From NCBI GenBank assembly GCA_016198605.1, contig JACQIG010000080.1:1-39197 (forward strand): DNA of 39,197 bases, read 5' to 3'. Shown here piece after piece: positions 1 to 8,600 of the stretch (the stretch's first letter is position 1; every line of letters starts with the position of its first letter). Under the pieces are notes generated by a model, which was not told the origin of the DNA, ran no database searches, and saw only the letters and a list, made by a program, of their open reading frames with translations. The translations under genes and the position numbers were made by a program. The DNA is from Candidatus Aenigmatarchaeota archaeon. Its GTDB lineage: Archaea > Aenigmatarchaeota > Aenigmatarchaeia > QMZP01.

Positions 1-2600
1 GTGAGGGCCCCCGACAATGTTAGTCCCCGACGTATTAGTGATGTTCCATGACGTATTAGTGATGTTCCATGACGTATTAGTGATGTTCCATGTGATGTTC
101 CATGTGTTGTTCCCAAAAGTGTCATTGGCATTGTTTGTGTTGTTGAAGTGGTTGTCAAATATCAGGTTGTTGCTTGATGGGGGGAGGCTATTGGCTATGG
201 TGAGCCCCACAGTATTCTGGGTGATGGTATTGCGTTGGACGATATTCTGCACGGATGTGAGCCTTAGAGATATCCCGGCGGAGTTGCCGGTGACCGTGTT
301 GCCAAAGATGATATTGCCGCCCGCGCTCTCAAGACTTATGGCATCAAAGGACCCTGATATACTGTTGCCCCTTACCGAATTGTAGTCCCCGCCAAGCGTC
401 AGGCCTTGGCCGTTGTTTGTAAACATGGAATTTTCTATCCTGTTGCCGCCACGAGTGGTGAACACCCCAAAACTGTTGCCAACAAGCGTGTCATTGGTGA
501 TCGTGTTGTTATAGCCGTCAGCGTTTATCCCCCTATCAAAGCCCTCTATCGCGCAGTTCTTTATTGTGGTGAAGTTGTAAGGCCCGGCATCAATGCCTGT
601 GCTGGAGGGGGTGCTATTACCAATGATGCTGAAGCCGCCGCAGTCCAGGGTCACGCCATTCGCGCCTATTATTATGCCACTGGAAGAGCAGTTAAGGCCC
701 TCTTCCAGAGTAGTATTTCCGGTTATGGTATCGCCGCAGGTAAGCACATCTATGAGAGGCGCGAAATCGCCGCCAATTGTTATGTTGCCCGAGGCATTAT
801 ACGGCAGTTTGGTGTCCCCAATGCCGTCGCCATCCAGGTCTGTCCCGTTATAGTCGCGCCAGAAGTTGCCAGCCAGGAATGGCCCGCCCACTATGTTGGT
901 GCCAGATGTCTTTGCGATGTTCCATGTATTGAGGCCGCTATCCTTCGCATTAAGCTGGTTGCCGAAGATGTTATTGTATATTGTATTGCCGCTTGCGTCC
1001 TCAAGCAGTATCCCAACGGGGCTGTTTTCCACAGAATTATCCCTGATCATGTTGGATGATGAGTTCAGTATCAGCAGGCCGGCTTCGCTGCTGCTGATAT
1101 AATTGGCCAGGACAGAGTTGTTGGAGCTCAGATCAATGATGACGCCGAATATGTTCATAGTCACATTATTTGACTGTATTAGGCTGTAGGTGGTGTTGTG
1201 CAGCTCAATATTTGCCTTGTTGCCTGTTATGTTTATCAAATAGGAGTTCTCTACAAAACCGGTATTGAATATGCTTCCTGACACGGTTATGTTTGACGAG
1301 TTCTCTATCATTAGGCCGTGGACGAAGCTGTCCGCTGAGCTTACGCCTGATATGCTTCCTGATATTGAATTGCTGAAGAAGATGCCTGTATCTGCGCCTG
1401 TTATCGTCCCCCCGCTTATACTGTTGCCTGATGTTGAAGTGATGAGATATCCGACAGCGACGTTGCTGACCGTGTTGTTTATGAATGTGCTCCTGTTTGT
1501 CGTGGCATTAAACCCGGCTGCCTGGCCCTCATGCACGATGTTGCCCTGGAACAGGTTGTCTTCCGATTCTATCTGCAGGTTGACAATATCCGGCCCACTT
1601 GCTGGATTGCTTATGTCATTGTAGAGGACGGAGTTGGAGTCCGCATTCACAAGCGAGAGGCCGTTGTTCATTGTGTTCCCGGAAAGCATGCTGTTGAATG
1701 TCAGCGTAAGTAGCACGCTGCCATTATCGTTGTTGATGATTCCATTGCCTGAAATTACATTGCCGTAGTTTGAATTCTTTACATCCACTCCTATGCCCAG
1801 GTTGTCGCTTATCCTGTTGCCATATATGGAGCTCGTATAGAGGCCGTTTGCCTTTATTCCGCCGAGGTTATGATGAAGATAGTTATCGGCTATTTCGTCA
1901 AAGTATGAAGTATCAATGTTTATGGCCTCCAAATAATTCAGCAGTTCACAGCCCCTTATCCTGGCACCATTCCTGAAAGCAACACCCAATCCTGTAGCCG
2001 CCTGCGTGCCCACAAGGACGGTTCCGTCACACCTGACAGTAACATTATTGCCTGTTATCTGCATCCCGTCAGGAATCTCATAAGTGCCTGGGCAGAACAG
2101 CGTGCTTGAGCCGATGCTCATGCCATTGACAGGCGTGGTGCATACGTGGCACGCAAAGGTGCACCCTGTCGTGCCTTCGTCGTCCCAGCCTGTCGCCTGG
2201 TTGCAAATGTTGCCCCCTCCCTGGTAGCTGCCAGACATAATTATGTCCTGCGCGCCATTGTCGCAGGCCTCATTGTCCGCCACTTTGCCACCTGTTCCGC
2301 TTATGTCCAGCCCGTTTGCGACATTGTCCTTGACTATGTTGTTAACAAGCATGCTGCTGTTGCCCTGCACGCTGATGCCATTGAGGTGGTACTCAAGGAT
2401 GCAGTTCTGCACCGTGACATTGTATGCCATTGAATCCAGGGTTATGCCACTTACTGTCCCATCACCGGTAAGCGTTGACCCGAGGCAGTCAAGTGTTATG
2501 TTGCTCTTTGTAACATTCACGGAAGCAGCGCCGTCAGAGGTTATGCACAGCACGTCTCCTGGCTCAGTGAAAAGCATCTCCCGCTCGATGTCGCCGTCTC
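1..2600 (-). other. Two further parallel beta-helix (PbH1/NosD-like) modules of gene C.
   Basis: Translation shows repeated ~22-aa turns (..[27 protein letters not shown].., ..[27 protein letters not shown]..). A NosD-like cap motif, [35 protein letters not shown], lies near 760-930, and a second cap begins at the window edge. Confidence 0.75.
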
Positions 2601-5600
2601 CACGCACGCTCCTGTCGCACCAACACTTGTCGCCAATGCCATCCTTGTCATAGTCCTCCTGCAGCGGGTTCTGCACAGAGGGGCAGTTGTCCACCTCGTC
2701 AAACACGCCATCGCAGTCCTTGTCGCCAGCGCAGATGAACTTTGCCGGGTTCACAACCGTGATGGTAGTGAAATCAGAGACAGGGCCGTTGCCTGCCACG
2801 TCATCCACGGTAAGCTTCACCCTGTATATCCCTTCCACATAATAGCCGGTGTCAAGGGTTGGGCTCTTGGTCACCAGGTCAACGTCATTGTCAGGTATGC
2901 CGTCAAGATCGGTGTCCCTTGTTATGTCTGTATCCCAGGTGTAGCTTGCGATGCCGTAATTGTCCGTGGACCACTGGGCGCTGAATTGCACTGGCTCCCT
3001 GACAAGGACATTCTGTGGTATGCCTGCAAATGCGTGTGGCGCTTCCGTATCGTCTTCCACAACGACCTGTACCAGCATCGTATCGGTGTCTGCGTTCCCG
3101 GCAGCGTCGCGGACTGTAAGCATCACTGTGTATGTGCCCGGGATATCGTAGCCCTTGGTGCTGTTGTACACACCTGTGAGTTTTTCTGAGGACGCGTTGC
3201 CTATGTGTGCGTCCCACTCATAGCTGACTATGTGGTCATTATCAAAAGATTCGCTCCCGTCAAAGAACACAGGATTGTTCACCCCCGCCCTCGCCATCTG
3301 GTCAGGGCCCGCAGCCGCCGTAGGCATCACGTTATCTGCTACTGTGAGCGGCTTGGAGGCATTGTTATTGAAGTAGCTCTTCTCCTGGAACTCATTGAAT
3401 GGCGATATTATGACGGTTATCTGGTGGGCGCCTGTTGTGGCATTCCATGTGACACTGACAGGGCCGGCTGAAAGGCCTGTCAGGTTGATCTCGTCGAAGC
3501 CTATCGTATCGTTACCGTCCCTGAATTCCACCTCGGCATCGATGGCATTGCCCTTGCCTATGTTGCTGATCAAGGCAGTTATCAGGACAGGATCCCCATG
3601 GTTCGGGCTGGCGGGCGAGAATGATATGTCCGGTTCGGTTACAGCCAGGTCAGGCAGCAGCTCAACGAAGAAAGCCGTCGCAGCAGACCTATTTGCCAGT
3701 CCCTGGCTGCTGGCATTTATCTTGGTCAAGTTTACCACTGCAGTAACATTGACGGAATAGACGTCCTCCAGGGACGTATTGGTGTAATTGTTGGCGTATA
3801 TGCCATCGCTCTCATTATAGTCGCCATGCTTGCCGTCATCATATAGAGTTATGTTTTCAAATGGCGTGGTGCCGTTCAGTGTGAAATTGGAGAACATGCT
3901 TATATCTGCGGTGACATTAGCCCCGGCCAGCGCTGTCCCGTTGTACTTGACCAGGGCGAATATAGTCACATTGTCTCCAGGCTCGTATGAGCTGTTGTCC
4001 GTGCCCGCAGAAACGAATAGCAGCGTCTGGTATGTTGCCATGGCGGAATATGCCGCCCCTTCAGTGCAGTTGACAGCGGTGGCATTGGAGATTACCATTG
4101 CCCAGTTGCCCGCTTCAGGTGACGCAATCACGTAAGTGACAGAATCATTGGCTCCCGTATAATTGATTGCCATGCCGTCAGCATCAGCAGGACCCACAAT
4201 GGACAGGTCAGGCCTTATCAGCCTCATGCTCAGGTTGTTCACGCACTCATCATAGTCAACTATCGTATCATTCCAGAAGGCCTGCACCTGGCTGTACTGC
4301 AGCTTGAAATTGGCGTTCATGCTGAGGCCGTCTATTGTGATATTGTGCTCGCCCCTTGTGCTCGCATTGGTGATGAGCCCTTCAAAGGGGCCGGCAAGCT
4401 GGTATGCCGTCCTGTTGAGCGTATCATTTATGTTCGCCAAGGACTCAGACGTGACAAGCAGCTGGCCATCTGGTCCAAGCAAGCCCTGGGCTGCGGAGGG
4501 GCATTGCCCGTCGTCCTCCAGCAGGGACCGCACGCAACTGACAGTCACGTCATCCTTGGCAAGCCACCAATGGTAGCTGCTGAGGCCCTTGACCTCTTTC
4601 TGCTGGACATTGTCAAGGCTGGAGCTTATCGTGCTGACAAGAAGGTCGCCTTCCCATATGAATGGCGATGTTAAAGTCACGTCTATGATCGGTATGGTTG
4701 CATGGGCGTGTATCAGCGTCAGAGGAAGGGCGAAGCTGCCTATCTTGGGCCCTACGCCCGCTATCGTATTATACTGGACCCTGTTGTTGAGGAAGTCATC
4801 CCCGCCTGGCCATGAGTACAGGGCCCATTCAGGGGCGGGATCCTTGCCGTTGAAATTGAGGTTCTTCAGGAATGTTGAGTCGGGCTCCATCTGCTTGATG
4901 GCGTCCCCAAGTATTATGTCAAGGAACGCCGTGGCCAGGTTGCCGAGCAGGTTTCCCACAACAGGCACCTGGGAGGCCAGGGAATTGATCACCGCCTTTG
5001 CCACCAGCGGGCCGTATTTCAGCAGGTCGCTGCCGTGCAGCGGGGCTCCTATGTCAATCTCCTTCCTCACGTCATTCCTGTAGCCGTAAGTGTCATAGTA
5101 ATGCGCCACCACGCCGCCCATGCCAGACCCCACAAGATCAACCTTGTCCACTCCTGTTTTCTGCTTTATCTCGTCTATCTGCTGGCCCACGGCCTTGGCG
5201 GAGGCCCTTATGTCCTGGTTGGCGAGCTTGAGGTTGATCACGTTGCTGCTCAGCCTCAGGTTTATCTTCAGCTCAGGGTAGCCGATAAGGCCCTCTCCAT
5301 CTCCCCCCTGTTTGGGAACTGCACCTGTGCTGTTCTGCGGATAATGGGAACACACAGAAGGGACGCCGCTCCCGGAATTTTGACCGGATTCTCCTGGGCA
5401 GAGCGCCTTAAAGCAATTGAGCCGCGGAACATTAAATCTGCTGTCTCTCTTTATTTTGTCCCCGCTTTTCTTGATTGCATCACGAATTTCCTGCGCTGTC
5501 ATGTCATTATCAAATGATTTTAATACTGCTGCACAGGCAGAAACATGGGGTGTTGCCATGGAAGTGCCCCTGGCACGGATAAAGTTCGTGCCCACCTTGA

Positions 5601-8600
5601 ATTCCTCATCATGGCACTCAAGGGTGTTTGAAAAGGTCTTTTTCTTTGCGATGAAACACAGATTGCCGTCATTGTTAACGTTAGGCGAGAATGCCGACAC
5701 TATCTCCTCAAAATTATTCAAGCCGTCAGGATTTCCTGATTCATCACCTCCGGGAGCAAGGATTTCAAGTGTCTTATCCCTGTTGGTATAGCCTGTTATC
5801 GCATCCTCCTTGTCCGTCGCCCCCACCGCTATGACATTCGGATTGCATGCAGGGGTCTCCACTGGTGGGGCTTTCCCAAATTTTCTTGCATTCCCGGCAG
5901 CTGCAACCAGGACCATGTCATACTGCTTATATGCACGCTCAAGCGCCTCTTCCACAGCCGCGTCATCCTCGCATTTGTTGCCTTCCGCTCTATCAAGCGG
6001 CTGGCCTATGCTCATGGAGATGACATTGATGTTGAACTGGTCCTTATGTCCTATGCACCAGTCAATGGCCGCCGCAAATGCAGCATCATCGCCGCCGGTG
6101 GGGTCATCTTTCTTTGATGCCGTCCCCCCAATGAATATTTTTACAGCGGCTATTTTTGCGCCCGGCGCTATGCCCCTGTAAACCGCATCGGTTGACGCTA
6201 TTATTCCTGCGACATGCGTTCCATGCCCCATCTCATCAAGCGGGTCAGCATCAGAGCCTACGCAATTGCCCATGCTATCCAATGCTGGGCACAGGTCTAT
6301 CCCCCCCACAACCTTGGGGCAAGTGCCCGACAAAAACTGGCCTTGGGTGCACCCGCCAAGGGCAGGGTGGGTGTAGTCAACCCCTGTGTCTATCACGCAA
6401 ACGGTCTGGCCTGACCCGGAACTGACGGATTCCAAAAAGCCCGCGTCAGGCGGGGGTATTTTTCTTGAATCAACAAGGGACAGGGTTTTTCTGCCCGGCC
6501 TGTCGATCTCCTCAACATCCGGATTGGCCAGCAGGCTTGCTAGGGCCTCTCTAGAGGCATATCCAGCAAAGCCGTTGATATTTTCATACCTATACGTAAG
6601 CCTGAAGCTCTCGGGCGGAAGCGAACCAAGCACCTTCTCCTGCAGCCTGCGTATCTCGCTCCTTGATGCCTCCAAATCGCCTTTGAATTCAGGCGAGGTA
6701 TAATAGTCATCCTTAAGGGAGACTGTCACTGCTATCTCGTCTGAAATTCCATCAAGATCTTTGAGGGTTATTTGCCTGGGGTTGGGGGCCCCATTGTCCA
6801 ATGCGGCCTCTGTGGACAAGGCAGACGGCTCCTCCTCTGGAGCCTGAATGGCCGAATCAGTGATATCCCCTTCGTCGTCCTTTGAGGCGCTGCCCTGGCC
6901 GTCACCACCTCCCCCTGCATCAGTCGGGTCATTGACCCTGAATGAGGGCAGTATTATGCTGGCCTTGAGATCACCCTCTATGACGCCTGACTTGCCTGCT
7001 ATTTTAGTGTCAATGACCTTGATCTCGCGCGGCGTGGTGGTCAGCGGCGGGTCCAGGTGCAGGATGATGTCCGACAGGTAAAGCGTGCCTTTCAGCTTTG
7101 CCGTGTTGTCCGAGAAGTCAGGCTTTATGTCCCTGACTATGAGATCAAACTTGGTTGAGGCTGATATGCCGGCCTTGTTGTAGCTTATGGTCTTGGAAAA
7201 GACAGTCGCCCTCCCTGGTATCTTTATCACACCTGTTTCCACCAGCGCCTGTATGGCAGGCTTCACCTTCTCCGGCAGCGGCACTGGGATTGAGATGTCC
7301 GCGATCTTGAATTCTTTCTTCAGCGGTATGTCAAGGCTGAACTTGTAATTGTCAAGCATCTGCTTCCAGAGCGTCTCAAAGAAGTTGTCGGAATCCACCA
7401 GCTCGAATATCTGGTCAATCTGCTCGTCCTTGAGGTAGACGTCTATCTGGTCAAGCGTGTTGATGAAATTGTTTATCACGGTCTGCAGGCCTGCCTGCTC
7501 CCTCGTCTTGTAGGATATGAGCACAAGCGTGTCCCTGAGGTCATTGAGGCTCCTCCTGACCTTGCTCTTCGCGTCCACCGCGCTGAATGTAGTGCTGTTG
7601 GCTAGGGCCCTCAGCTCCTTTATGTCCCTGTTGAGCGTTCTCGCCTGGTCAAGGACAAGGTAGATGTATGCAGCTGTCTCAAACTTTGGGTCCTTAAGCG
7701 GCAGAGTGAAGCCTACCTCAAGGTCAACAGGCTTCCTGAGGTCCACGGTGTAGACATTGTAGTCCGCGGCCTTTAAGGCCTCCTCTATCTTCTCCATCTC
7801 CTTGGGGCTCCTGAGGTAGTCGTGGATGAGCAGGACAGGGTTCCTCACGATAGTGATGGTCTTTGTGACACCCTTGGACCATGTGCCCTTGTCGTCGAGC
7901 GCCCTGAAGGTGACCGTCTGCATACCTGGGGAGTTGAATGTATACATGACAGTGGAGCCGTTGATTTCATTGCCCCCAATTATCCATTGGTTTGTCTGGA
8001 TGTAGCCATCAGTGTCAAAACCGTAGCCGTTGAACTCCACTGGCTCGCCTGTCACGGATACTATATCGCCATTCTCGTCAGCTTTCCCGTGTATGAACCT
8101 CACGAAGGCCGTGGGCGGCTTGTTGACAATAATGGTGTCGATTGAATTGGCTCCCAGTGGTGACCACAGGCCGCTCTTAGCCTTCACATTGATGCTTATG
8201 TGATGCGGATTGGCAGGAGGGAGTGTGGTGTTGAACGAAGGCTGGGAGCCTATCCTTCCCAGCTTATGGGAGCGCCACCAGTGGCCTACGATCTCATCAA
8301 GGGGGTCCCCGGGTTCCCCGTGGCCAGTGAAGTTTATGTCCTCGCCCACGGGGGCAAGGCCCATGGGTATTATCCTGTCTATTATGCCTTCGGGGGGCAT
8401 GGCATTGAATGCAGCATACAGTATATTGTCCACGGGGCCTGATGTCTCATTAAAACCGTCCATCCACGCTATGTATTGTCCGGCTTCAACAACGCCGTCG
8501 TCATTCGTGTCCCTGTATACGGTAGGGACAGTGCAGCCATTGCAGTTAACAGAGATGGCAGCGGAGAATCTGGTGTTATTGTCAGGCGCTTTGACATCGT

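Noticed and set aside
2903-3217. Minus-strand ORFs in other frames that overlap the large genes (2903..3217, 10575..10832, 11024..11278, 11206..11409, 13642..13830, 14198..14380, 14671..14865, and others inside gene A).
   Set aside because: They are out of frame relative to the long coherent reading frames. They are Arg/Pro/Cys-rich with no recognisable features, and entirely nested in well-supported CDSs.
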